The notes: generated by a model from the sequence alone, not told the origin. A stretch of DNA of 32,000 nucleotides from an uncultured Clostridia bacterium (GCA_947383835.1 CANDEV010000018.1:1-32000); one strand, 5' to 3'. Positions 7,581 to 14,300 are shown, counted from the stretch's first letter. Made by a program: numbers and translations.

Positions 7581-8746
7581 GCTGCCGCCTCCTCTCTGAG
7601 CCGCTTGATAATGCCGCCGATATTGGTTAAACGGAGGTTGCCCATTTGCGCAAGCTCTGCAAGCCGCTCTATGCCGACATTCCCGCCGTCCATGTTGTAA
7701 GCTGTACTGTAAAATTTTATCGCGCGCCGTATACCCTCGCCGTTGGTTTGGGCAATAGCATACAGAAATTTTATCTCGGCATTTTTCTTTTGGGAGACAA
7801 GCTCGGGGAACAGCAGCTTGATGTCCTCGATCTTAATGTCCGCCGCCTTGATGTACGGACGGAGATTAGCACGGTTGAAAACCTGCCCCGTTACCGCAAT
7901 TTTCTTTTCGTCAAAGTGCCGCATAAATGAGGGATTGCCCACAAAGCAAACGCCCATTGTCTCGCCGCGGTCGGTAAAAATATCGGATATGCTCCGCAGG
8001 TGGTCTATGGCGGGAAATTTAAGGTGCTGCGCCTCGTCAATGATTATCAGCATACCGTCATGAAGCCTTGAAACCACTGCGGAATTAAGGTCGTGCAGCC
8101 TGTTTAAGCCGTTTACTCCAAGCTGCGCAGCAATTAATTTCATAATGCCGATAACTGAGCTGTCCGCATAAGTAGGGGTAACGACAATGGTATTTTCGGG
8201 ATAGTCGGCGGCGTACTTTGAAATGGTGCGGGACTTTCCCACGCCCGTGTCCCCTGTTATAATTTCGCATTCTCCCGCGATATGTACGCCCCTGATAACC
8301 TGATACATATACTCCGAAATGGAGGTCGGCACGTACTCCGTACCCTTGTATATCTGCGCCTTTTTCTCGGCTTTAAGGGTCAGATAGCTTGCGAAATTTG
8401 CAAAGATCTGCTGAATGTCGCCGCGGTACTTGCAATTCCTTATGTCGGATATTGTGCTGCCGCTTGTGCCTATGGCGGAAGCCGCCATGCTTGCGCTGCC
8501 GCTCTCTACAATAAACCACTCCAGACGTTTGAAAAGCTCCCGCTGTTCGCCTTGGTAAAATTCATACGCCTTGGGTCTTGAAAGCAGCAGGCTTTCTATT
8601 TTCTCTGTGTACGTGGCTTTTTCGCCGTTCAGCGCGCTTTCCACAAATTTTATGGGTACGCCTGCCAAAATTGCCGCGCCTTTTTCGCCGAATTCATTTA
8701 CCAATTCCGCATATCCGCCGCGGATAGCTTCTAAATCAAAGCTCAT
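7577..8746 (-). CDS. MuB-like AAA+ ATPase (transposition target-DNA activator).
   Basis: Walker A GDTGVGKS and Walker B MLIIIDEAQHL. Located immediately downstream of the transposase gene. Confidence 0.85.
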   Translation of the reverse strand: MSFDLEAIRGGYAELVNEFGEKGAAILAGVPIKFVESALNGEKATYTEKIESLLLSRPKAYEFYQGEQRELFKRLEWFIVESGSASMAASAIGTSGSTISDIRNCKYRGDIQQIFANFASYLTLKAEKKAQIYKGTEYVPTSISEYMYQVIRGVHIAGECEIITGDTGVGKSRTISKYAADYPENTIVVTPTYADSSVIGIMKLIAAQLGVNGLNRLHDLNSAVVSRLHDGMLIIIDEAQHLKFPAIDHLRSISDIFTDRGETMGVCFVGNPSFMRHFDEKKIAVTGQVFNRANLRPYIKAADIKIEDIKLLFPELVSQKKNAEIKFLYAIAQTNGEGIRRAIKFYSTAYNMDGGNVGIERLAELAQMGNLRLTNIGGIIKRLREEAAA

Positions 8747-8749
8747 AAA

Positions 8750-10741
8750 TTATGCTCCTTTCGATTGCTCCTGAACGTCGTTGAGACGCTTCAGGTCTGC
8801 AAATTCAATTTTTGTAATATTCATGCCGCTTGCTTCAAATTCCTCCGCAATAACAGGGGTAAAGCTGTCGGGCTTAGCAATTTCGTAGCCCTTGGAATTT
8901 TGCTCCGCTCGGAGAAGCTCCGCCTTGAGCAGGGAAACAGCGTCGAATTTTTTATAGTCGTCAAGCTGCTTTTTGACAGCTTTTCGCGCTCTGCCCTGAC
9001 TTTGTATAGCTTTCTGTATATTTTCCTCGGACGCTCCTATAAATTGCAAATCAAGATGTTCCGCGCAGGGATATGTGTACAAAAATCTATCAGTGTCTTT
9101 TTCGTATACCTGTACCTCGCGCAAATTAATAGGATCAAACCTAACATATACTTCCTCATCAATATGAAATATCGAATTATCGTCTTTATACCATATTTTT
9201 CGTCCAGCCCATTCGATAAAAACACCGTTCCGCTTGATTTTCTGTATTTTGGTAGTGCGCCGCAAAAGCAAGTTAAGATTTTCTGCGTCGGTGGTGCGAA
9301 GTTCAATATCTCCCGCCCGCACAGCCTCATTCCAAACTTCAATGCGTTTCATATTTTTGAAACGTTTTTCCTTGCCGCCGTAAAGCTCGCTGTTGTGTCC
9401 CTTGATAAAGATTGGGAGAATTTCCCGCAGCTCCTCATCGGTGATAAGCTTCCGCTCCTTTACAAGCTGCTTGCACTCCTCGGGACGCTCATCGGGCTTG
9501 CCGCCGCAGTAGCTTTCCACCGATTTTGAGTAATGCTCCTTGAAAGTGTAGAAAAATCTTTCAATAGGCTTTGCTTTGGCGTTTTTGGGAATGGCATTTG
9601 TTACTGATATGCCAAGCAGTGAAAATATTTGAACAGGGTGTTCTTCTTTTTGCCAACTTGATTTTTTTCGGTGTCCGCGTCCCGCAAGATCGCTTGCGCA
9701 GAATTCCGAACCGTTATCGAAATATACGCCTATCGGTATTCCATAGCCTTGAAGTATTGCCGACCGCAGTGCAAGACGTGTAGTGTCCGAATTTGGGTGG
9801 TCGCAAAGCTCCGCCGCAACAATAATGCCGCTTTTGGCTTCTTGAAATGTGGTTATTGACGGGCGGTGTACCTCGCCGTCGTCCGAAAGCGTGAAAAAGT
9901 CCAGCGTATGATTGTCAGCTATCCAAATATCATTGCATTTAAGGGTACTTACATCACGCTCCACATATTCGAGATACTTATCCATAAATGCCTTTTTGCC
10001 GAATCGTCCATACTCCAAAACTGCATGAGGAATTTTCTCAACATGGCGGCGGAACGTCCTCGATGAGGGAATTCCGTCCACAAGCTCGGGGTAGTATTCT
10101 CTGCATACCGCCACCGCCTTTGCATAGCAGTTTTCTATAGTAAGGCGGTGCGTTGTGAGGTAGTAACTTGTGAAAATGCTCCAGACCGTGTCGTCAATAC
10201 TGCACTTGCCCTTATTCCACCCGCCGCGGTTCTCAACAAGCCCCTGAAAATCGTTGTTTCGGTAAGCTCTGTATTTGCGGTACAAAATATCGGGAGAAAT
10301 GTCAATATCGGGATGTTCTAGCTTGACCTTGCCACAGAAAAGTGGATCCGCCTCGGTCTTGTTCTTGAATTTGGAACGCGCCGCCTGCCACTCCTTGAGG
10401 ATACTGCACCATAGAGCAATCTGCTCCCGTTCCGCTTCGGTGAATTCGTCCAAACGCTTCTTTTGAACAGGCTTTTTAGCAGCCTTAGAATGCCGTTCTA
10501 ATGGCGTTTCCTTAAGTTCGGGCTGTAAGCCAAGCTCTTGTTGTTTCTGCTTATAGTACCTCGCTTTCAACTCCTCGGGAAGCGCGGAAACGGGTACAAG
10601 AAATTTAGCTTTACCTTTGGAATTTAATTCCTCTTTAGCCTCAAGCTTACCCTTTGATACACAATTTTGTACGTACCTCTCACTACACCCTTTAAGCTCC
10701 GCCACTTCTTTTACTGTTAAATAATCCAAATAAATCCACAC
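8750..10741 (-). CDS. MuA-like DDE transposase (rve-type core plus N-terminal HTH).
   Basis: N-terminal LTVKEVAELKGCSERYVQNCV HTH. DDE core candidates WIADNHTLDFF, YFDNGSEF and KPIERFF. The real start is probably TTG 10729, 10 nt after GGAGG. Confidence 0.9.
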   Translation of the reverse strand: MWIYLDYLTVKEVAELKGCSERYVQNCVSKGKLEAKEELNSKGKAKFLVPVSALPEELKARYYKQKQQELGLQPELKETPLERHSKAAKKPVQKKRLDEFTEAEREQIALWCSILKEWQAARSKFKNKTEADPLFCGKVKLEHPDIDISPDILYRKYRAYRNNDFQGLVENRGGWNKGKCSIDDTVWSIFTSYYLTTHRLTIENCYAKAVAVCREYYPELVDGIPSSRTFRRHVEKIPHAVLEYGRFGKKAFMDKYLEYVERDVSTLKCNDIWIADNHTLDFFTLSDDGEVHRPSITTFQEAKSGIIVAAELCDHPNSDTTRLALRSAILQGYGIPIGVYFDNGSEFCASDLAGRGHRKKSSWQKEEHPVQIFSLLGISVTNAIPKNAKAKPIERFFYTFKEHYSKSVESYCGGKPDERPEECKQLVKERKLITDEELREILPIFIKGHNSELYGGKEKRFKNMKRIEVWNEAVRAGDIELRTTDAENLNLLLRRTTKIQKIKRNGVFIEWAGRKIWYKDDNSIFHIDEEVYVRFDPINLREVQVYEKDTDRFLYTYPCAEHLDLQFIGASEENIQKAIQSQGRARKAVKKQLDDYKKFDAVSLLKAELLRAEQNSKGYEIAKPDSFTPVIAEEFEASGMNITKIEFADLKRLNDVQEQSKGA

Positions 10742-10794
10742 CTCCCGAAAAAATTTTTGAAAAACACTTGCATTTTTGCACCAACTCTGCTATA

Positions 10795-11004
10795 CTATAT
10801 ATTAGAGTTGGAACACTCGTTCTTATTGAACGATCTAAGGAAATCCTCGGTTTCGGTCAGGATCACAAGAATGGTTGCGACATTCTTCCTGACCTGTTCC
10901 TGCTCTAAATCTCCTTTTTGAGAGACTTCCAACAGGATTTTGGTTGTTTCAAGAGCGTTTACAAGCATTTCTGCTTTAAACTTCTCAATTATAAAATTAT
11001 CCAT
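10795..11004 (-). CDS. Hypothetical early protein (69 aa).
   Basis: ORF in the early operon between the Ner-like gene and the transposase. Confidence 0.45.
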   Translation of the reverse strand: MDNFIIEKFKAEMLVNALETTKILLEVSQKGDLEQEQVRKNVATILVILTETEDFLRSFNKNECSNSNI

Positions 11005-11089
11005 ATTTCACCGGCTTTCTTGACCTGCCATCATCAGTGCAGGGCGGTCATTCCCTGCGGACGGAGCGGGTTTGCTCCGTTTCGGCTAT

Positions 11090-11410
11090 TTAGGTGTTTG
11101 AATAAGCTTCGATACGCTGTCCCATTTGGATAAGAGCATTTTCATATTTAAGGCAGACTGAACAATACTCAAAATTGTCTGTCTCAATGTCATAGGTAAT
11201 TACATCATAGCGGTTCGCGTCATAACGGTTTGTAGGACAACTGTCTCCCTCATTGTTATTTCGTGGCGTATATGTTATACCAACGTAAAAACGTCTGTCG
11301 TCCTCGGCTGTCTTAGCATAGGCAAAGTTTACAAGCTCCTCTCCCTCTTTTTTAAGGTACTCCTCGACCTTGACCCTTGCGGTGATTTCGGGATTGTGCA
11401 TTACTTTCAT
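11090..11410 (-). CDS. Hypothetical early protein (106 aa).
   Basis: ORF in the early operon. AGGAGAAATTAAT precedes the ATG. Confidence 0.55.
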   Translation of the reverse strand: MKVMHNPEITARVKVEEYLKKEGEELVNFAYAKTAEDDRRFYVGITYTPRNNNEGDSCPTNRYDANRYDVITYDIETDNFEYCSVCLKYENALIQMGQRIEAYSNT

Positions 11411-11442
11411 ATTAATTTCTCCTTTACAATAGTTAATGTTAG

Positions 11443-11646
11443 TTAGCTTGCCTTGCGACCGAGTAATTCGTCGATTGAACAGTGCAATGTATCTGCCATG
11501 CTGATTAAAGTAGCTATTGACGGCAATTTTACGCCTTGTTCATAATAGCAGATCATAGCTTTGGTTACGCCTACGCGTTTGGCAAGTTCAAGCTGCGTGA
11601 GGTCATATTCGAGCCGCTTCCTGCGGATATTCTCGCCAAGTGTCAT
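11443..11646 (-). CDS. XRE-family HTH protein, Ner/Cro-like early regulator.
   Basis: LTQLELAKRVGVTKAMICYYEQGVKLPSIATLISMADTL is a classic HTH_3 pattern. Start moved to ATG 11646, 10 nt after GGAGG. Confidence 0.8.
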   Translation of the reverse strand: MTLGENIRRKRLEYDLTQLELAKRVGVTKAMICYYEQGVKLPSIATLISMADTLHCSIDELLGRKAS

Positions 11647-11651
11647 AGTTA

Positions 11652-11843
11652 TCATGCCTCCTTGTTTTTATTTCCGTAAAGCATATTGTAGCTGAGTATC
11701 GCTCTTGCGATTGTGTTGCTTGGAATGTGTATTCCTTTGCAAATTGCAATTACCGCTTCACAAAGTACCGTAAGTACATCAACTACGGTCGCATTTTCAA
11801 TATGCTGTTCAACGCCCTTGTCGGTAATGTGTATGTCAATCAT
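11652..11843 (-). CDS. Hypothetical early protein (63 aa).
   Basis: Start moved to ATG 11843 behind GGGAGGAATATTG. Confidence 0.45.
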   Translation of the reverse strand: MIDIHITDKGVEQHIENATVVDVLTVLCEAVIAICKGIHIPSNTIARAILSYNMLYGNKNKEA

Positions 11844-12057
11844 CAATATTCCTCCCTGTGATACAAACAAATTGTTCGTATGTATTTAATGTATCTTCCT
11901 CACGGGCGTGATCTTCCATAGCACGGTACAAAATGTACGCCGCTTCGTCGTGACCGCCGTGGGCTATTTGGATAATCGCTTCGGCAATGCTGTTTACCAT
12001 GTCGTCGATTTCTTCAAGGGCTGTTTCAAGCTCTTGAACGGTTTCTTCGTTGTTCAT
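11836..12057 (-). CDS. Hypothetical acidic early protein (73 aa).
   Basis: Start moved to ATG 12057 (MNNEETVQ) behind AAAGGAC. Confidence 0.45.
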   Translation of the reverse strand: MNNEETVQELETALEEIDDMVNSIAEAIIQIAHGGHDEAAYILYRAMEDHAREEDTLNTYEQFVCITGRNIDD

Positions 12058-12098
12058 TTTATTAGTCCTTTCTTTATTTTTAATCTTATGGGAAATCA

Positions 12099-12422
12099 CT
12101 ATAATTTGAGTTTTGAAGCATTTTCAACCATAGCATTCAAGTCAATATCAACTTCGGAACTGTTCAAAGCTTCATTTACTGCTTCCGGTTTAGTGGTAGC
12201 AGTATTATCTGCCGAAAATTTCTTTATTTTGTCATAGTGATTTTTTATAAGCTCACCAATTGTGTAGTCTGATCTCTTTTGCCTATGACCTCTGCCTATA
12301 TAATCACAACAGGCAAACGGGACAAATTCTTTTCCGTCATCAAAAATGACCTTGTTAGAAACACCAAAAGAACTGAGTGCGCTTCTAAGTTCCGTTTCCG
12401 TTCCCTCAAAAATAATTTTCAT
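12099..12422 (-). CDS. First gene of the early operon, hypothetical (107 aa).
   Basis: GTGAGGAAAATTT precedes ATG 12422. About 110 nt downstream of the early promoter. Confidence 0.55.
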   Translation of the reverse strand: MKIIFEGTETELRSALSSFGVSNKVIFDDGKEFVPFACCDYIGRGHRQKRSDYTIGELIKNHYDKIKKFSADNTATTKPEAVNEALNSSEVDIDLNAMVENASKLKL

Positions 12423-12540
12423 AAATTTTCCTCACTTTCTATTGTTTTTTCAAGTTTCTTATGGTACAATGTGTTTGTACCATTGTAACAACAAGGGGTT
12501 ACTGCGCCTACAGGGTCAACCTCGGTTGATTACAATACTT

Positions 12541-12569
12541 ATTATAATCTGATTTTAATCAGAAATCAA
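12541..12569 (-). promoter_or_regulatory. Early promoter (Pe-like).
   Basis: The minus strand reads TTGATT (12564-12569), 17-nt spacer, TATAAT (12541-12546). Operator O1 fills the spacer. Confidence 0.65.
12547..12564. promoter_or_regulatory. Operator O1 (ATCTGAT-TTTA-ATCAGAA).
   Basis: One of three copies of the dyad (A/T)TCTGAT-N4-ATCAGAA. Lies inside the Pe spacer. Confidence 0.6.
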
Positions 12570-12574
12570 GATAA

Positions 12575-12594
12575 ATTCTGATATTTATCAGAAT
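12575..12594. promoter_or_regulatory. Operator O2 (ATTCTGAT-ATTT-ATCAGAAT).
   Basis: 8-bp perfect arms, centred 29 bp from O1, just upstream of the Pe -35 element. Confidence 0.6.
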
Positions 12595-12699
12595 TTTGTT
12601 AGTTAGCACATATTTTTATGCTCGTTTTGTGCAAATTGCTAAAATAAAAATTTTCCCCCTGCATAAGGGCAGAGGGAAAATAAAAGCATATACTAATAT

Positions 12700-12718
12700 A
12701 TTCTGATCTTTATCAGAA
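12700..12718. promoter_or_regulatory. Operator O3 (ATTCTGAT-CTTT-ATCAGAA).
   Basis: Same dyad, located 7 nt upstream of the AGGAG ribosome-binding site of the repressor gene. Consistent with autoregulation. Confidence 0.55.
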
Positions 12719-12738
12719 ACCAATAGGAGCTGATAAAA

Positions 12739-13026
12739 ATGATTAAAAAAAATAAAGAAGAAATATTAGAACAAATAAAAAAAAGAGGAGTAAAAAAATC
12801 TTTCCTTTGTGATTTGATTGGAGGTTACCGTGGGAAATTAACTGAATGGGAAAAAGGAAAAACAACTTTAACGGAGCAAGAACTCGAAATTATTATTAAT
12901 TATCTTTTTGATGAGGATAATCATCAAGCGGAAGCAATTGCCTTGTACTCAAGATATAGTCGTCTTTCTCCAGAACAACGGATTCTTGTTGACGGTATGT
13001 TTGATCAGTTTGAAAAGATGAAATAA
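12739..13026 (+). CDS. XRE-like HTH protein, putative prophage repressor.
   Basis: GVKKSFLCDLIGGYRGKLTEWEKGKTTLTEQELEIIINYL fits the HTH_3 layout. Divergent from the early operon, with operators in between. Confidence 0.7.
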   Translation: MIKKNKEEILEQIKKRGVKKSFLCDLIGGYRGKLTEWEKGKTTLTEQELEIIINYLFDEDNHQAEAIALYSRYSRLSPEQRILVDGMFDQFEKMK

Positions 13027-13096
13027 GTATCTCAATAGAGTGCTTTTGGGAATTATTTAATTTGTTGTATCTTTCAATAAATTCGTCTTGAGTCAT
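12896..13096 (-). CDS. Possible 66-aa ORF convergent with, and overlapping, the 3' end of the repressor gene.
   Basis: ATG 13096 lies about 30 nt downstream of a TTGATT-17-TATAAT promoter. MTQDEFIERYNKLNNSQKHSIEILISSF resembles the repressor C-terminal motif LYSRYSRLSPEQRILVDGMFDQF. The ribosome-binding site is weak (GGTGAAAG) and 131 nt are antisense to the repressor gene. Confidence 0.3.
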   Translation of the reverse strand: MTQDEFIERYNKLNNSQKHSIEILISSFQTDQTYRQQESVVLEKDDYILSTRQLLPLDDYPHQKDN

Positions 13097-13133
13097 ACTT
13101 TCACCGCCTATATAATTTAATATTGTAGTTATT

Positions 13134-13162
13134 ATTATAGAACAAAAGTTCCAACAAATCAA
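13134..13162 (-). promoter_or_regulatory. Near-consensus promoter pointing toward the repressor gene 3' end.
   Basis: The minus strand reads TTGATT (13157-13162), 17-nt spacer, TATAAT (13134-13139). Confidence 0.5.
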
Positions 13163-13210
13163 TTGGTATAATAAACAAATGTTTTTAAAGTTTTTCTCTA
13201 TTTTTGTGCA

Positions 13211-13239
13211 TTGACTTTTGTAAAATATGAGGGTATAAT
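13211..13239 (+). promoter_or_regulatory. Near-consensus promoter pointing toward the prophage end.
   Basis: TTGACT (13211-13216), 17-nt spacer, TATAAT (13234-13239). Confidence 0.5.
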
Positions 13240-13245
13240 GTGCAG

Positions 13246-13310
13246 CCTCGATTAAATAAAAATAGCAAAAATTACGATATGCGAACCAGTTCGCATATCG
13301 TAATTTTTTT
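13246..13310 (+). ncRNA. Candidate small RNA of about 65 nt: a promoter followed directly by a terminator.
   Basis: The predicted start near 13246 is followed by an A-rich 25-nt tail, then a 14-16-bp perfect hairpin and T7. There is no ORF. Confidence 0.3.
13267..13310. terminator. Bidirectional intrinsic terminator / perfect palindrome.
   Basis: ATTACGATATGCGAAC (13271-13286) pairs with GTTCGCATATCGTAAT (13289-13304). Flanked by AAAA on the left and TTTTTTT on the right. Confidence 0.65.
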
Positions 13311-13410
13311 GTTCGCATATTCGCATATCGAAATTTCCAATTTTATATCTGAATTTTTCGAGAGCAGGTAAAATTTAAAACGACCCGTTATATTTTTAAA
13401 ATAACGATAT

Positions 13411-13459
13411 AACGCCATTTGAACGGGTTTATAACTTTTTTAAAACGCCATTCTAACGA
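13411..13459 (+). repeat. Two direct 16-mers, AACGCCATT(TG/CT)AACG(G/A), 33 bp apart. Candidate subterminal protein-binding sites.
   Basis: 13411-13426 AACGCCATTTGAACGG and 13444-13459 AACGCCATTCTAACGA. A related AAAACGACCCGTT lies at 13377-13389. Confidence 0.5.
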
Positions 13460-13468
13460 CAAAACAAC

Positions 13469-13521
13469 AAAAACAGCATTTCCAGTTGATTTTTTTCAAA
13501 TCAGCCGAAAATGCTGTTTTT
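13469..13521. terminator. Long AT-rich hairpin, terminator-like on both strands.
   Basis: AAAAACAGCATTT (13469-13481) pairs with AAATGCTGTTTTT (13509-13521). An inner TTGATTT/AAATCAG pairing is also present. Confidence 0.4.
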
Positions 13522-13564
13522 CCTTTTGACAATAAATTTTTCCACCGTTTCAACTCTTTGTCAA

Positions 13565-13645
13565 GCTAAACCTTGATAAACCGCGATATATCCACATTTA
13601 TTCAACCTAAACCCTAAATTACCCAGCTTTACCCGCCTTTACCCA
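13565..13645. repeat. Helically phased (A/C)ACC(C) repeats ending in three 10-bp tandem units. Putative transposase-binding terminus of the prophage.
   Basis: TAAACCTTGA TAAACCGCGA ... ACCCTAAATT ACCCAGCTTT ACCCGCCTTT ACCCA. The last bases are CA, so the inward strand starts 5'-TGGGTAAAGG. Confidence 0.4.
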
Positions 13646-13695
13646 TTTTTTATATTATGCTCGTCAAATCACATTTAGGAGCAAATTAGTATTAT
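13646..13695 (+). repeat. Half copy (right arm) of the 110-nt palindromic host element.
   Basis: CACATTTAGGAGCAAATTAGTATTAT matches copy 2 (CACATTGGGAGTGAATTAGTATTAG). Its last 22 nt are the perfect reverse complement of 14301-14322. Confidence 0.5.
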
Positions 13696-13703
13696 TAATG
13701 ACG

Positions 13704-13735
13704 AACCCCCTCCGCAGAATACTGCGGAGGGGGTT
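13704..13735. terminator. GC-rich hairpin downstream of the 103-aa gene.
   Basis: AACCCCCTCCGCAG / CTGCGGAGGGGGTT 14-bp stem with a 4-nt loop. The U-tract is weak on the minus strand; TTGATTT follows on the plus strand. Confidence 0.5.
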
Positions 13736-13749
13736 GATTTCGTGTACGG

Positions 13750-14061
13750 TTAGTGCCTTGAAAGCCATGCGTATGCAATATCGAGAGCCTCGTAAAGACT
13801 GGTTTTCTCGCTTTGCTTGACAATAGCCTCTATGGGCGAAAGCTTATCATCGGTAGCCATTTTGTATATTTTTACCTTACTGGCTACGTCCAGATTGCCT
13901 ACCTTGGTTTTTTCTGTGATCTGCATCCAAACAACATATTTGTCTGACATATTGCCGTAATAAATTTCGTCCTTATTTCTTACAAGAGGGTAGCCCTTAT
14001 ATCGGAGAAATTTATTCTCCTTTTCGGTTGCTGCACTTGCTGACGTGTTTGTTTCTGCCAT
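13750..14061 (-). CDS. Hypothetical protein (103 aa), family not recognised.
   Basis: AAGGAGGA ribosome-binding site, consensus promoter upstream, hairpin downstream. Confidence 0.7.
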   Translation of the reverse strand: MAETNTSASAATEKENKFLRYKGYPLVRNKDEIYYGNMSDKYVVWMQITEKTKVGNLDVASKVKIYKMATDDKLSPIEAIVKQSEKTSLYEALDIAYAWLSRH

Positions 14062-14179
14062 TGCGTATCCTCCTTTTCATTGTCGATTGATCGTTTCTCT
14101 GTACGTATTTTAAATCTCCAAAGGAAATTTTTTTCACAGAAATCTTCCCTTGGGAAAATCTTAATCATTCACACTTATT

Positions 14180-14208
14180 ATTATAACATAATTTTTTAAT
14201 AAAATCAA
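14180..14208 (-). promoter_or_regulatory. Consensus promoter of the 103-aa gene.
   Basis: The minus strand reads TTGATT (14203-14208), 17-nt spacer, TATAAT (14180-14185). The leader is about 110 nt. Confidence 0.55.
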
Positions 14209-14300
14209 GTGCAAATATTAAAAACAGAGAAAAAATTTTTTAAAAAATCAAGTAACTTAAATATTGTACCATAATTTTGCTGCAAATTTTGTCAAAGCAT

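Larger units (their letters stand above)
1..13645 (-). mobile_element. Mu-like transposable prophage, apparently defective. The repressor (c) end lies inside the window and the late end runs off the left edge.
   Basis: Contiguous minus-strand module: repressor facing the early operon, Ner/Cro-like HTH, DDE transposase, AAA+ MuB-like, GemA-like, Mor-like, gp27/DUF3486-like, tape measure, tail genes. The right boundary at 13645 is provisional: the element ends in CA (5'-TG on the inward strand), phased repeats run up to that point, and a host repeat element resumes at 13646. Confidence 0.75.

Noticed and set aside
8765-9529. 254-aa plus-strand ORF inside the transposase gene.
   Set aside because: It is antisense to the clearly recognisable DDE transposase. 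Its composition is low-complexity Phe/Leu/Ile.
10768-10811. Plus-strand promoter-like TTGCAT-17-TATACT and an 8-bp inverted repeat CCAACTCT…AGAGTTGG just upstream of the transposase gene.
   Set aside because: It points away from any plus-strand ORF and is a single match in AT-rich DNA. The inverted repeat overlaps a stop codon. It may be a small operator or stem, but I cannot support a function.
12547-12718. Possible CRISPR-like repeat (TCTGAT…ATCAGA copies).
   Set aside because: There are only three 16-20-bp dyads with irregular spacing, located in a divergent promoter region. They fit operators, not a CRISPR array. No CRISPR array was seen anywhere in the window.
12896-13318. The full 140-aa version of the minus ORF at the repressor end.
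   Set aside because: The upstream 74 codons run through two promoters and a terminator palindrome and are Phe/Tyr/Ile/Cys-rich AT-rich noise. Only the 66-aa internal version (ATG 13096) is kept, at low confidence.
13601-13645. Telomere-like CCCTAAA / TTTACCC repeats.
   Set aside because: The resemblance to eukaryotic telomere units is coincidental. The 10-bp phasing and the position at the prophage end fit protein-binding terminal repeats.
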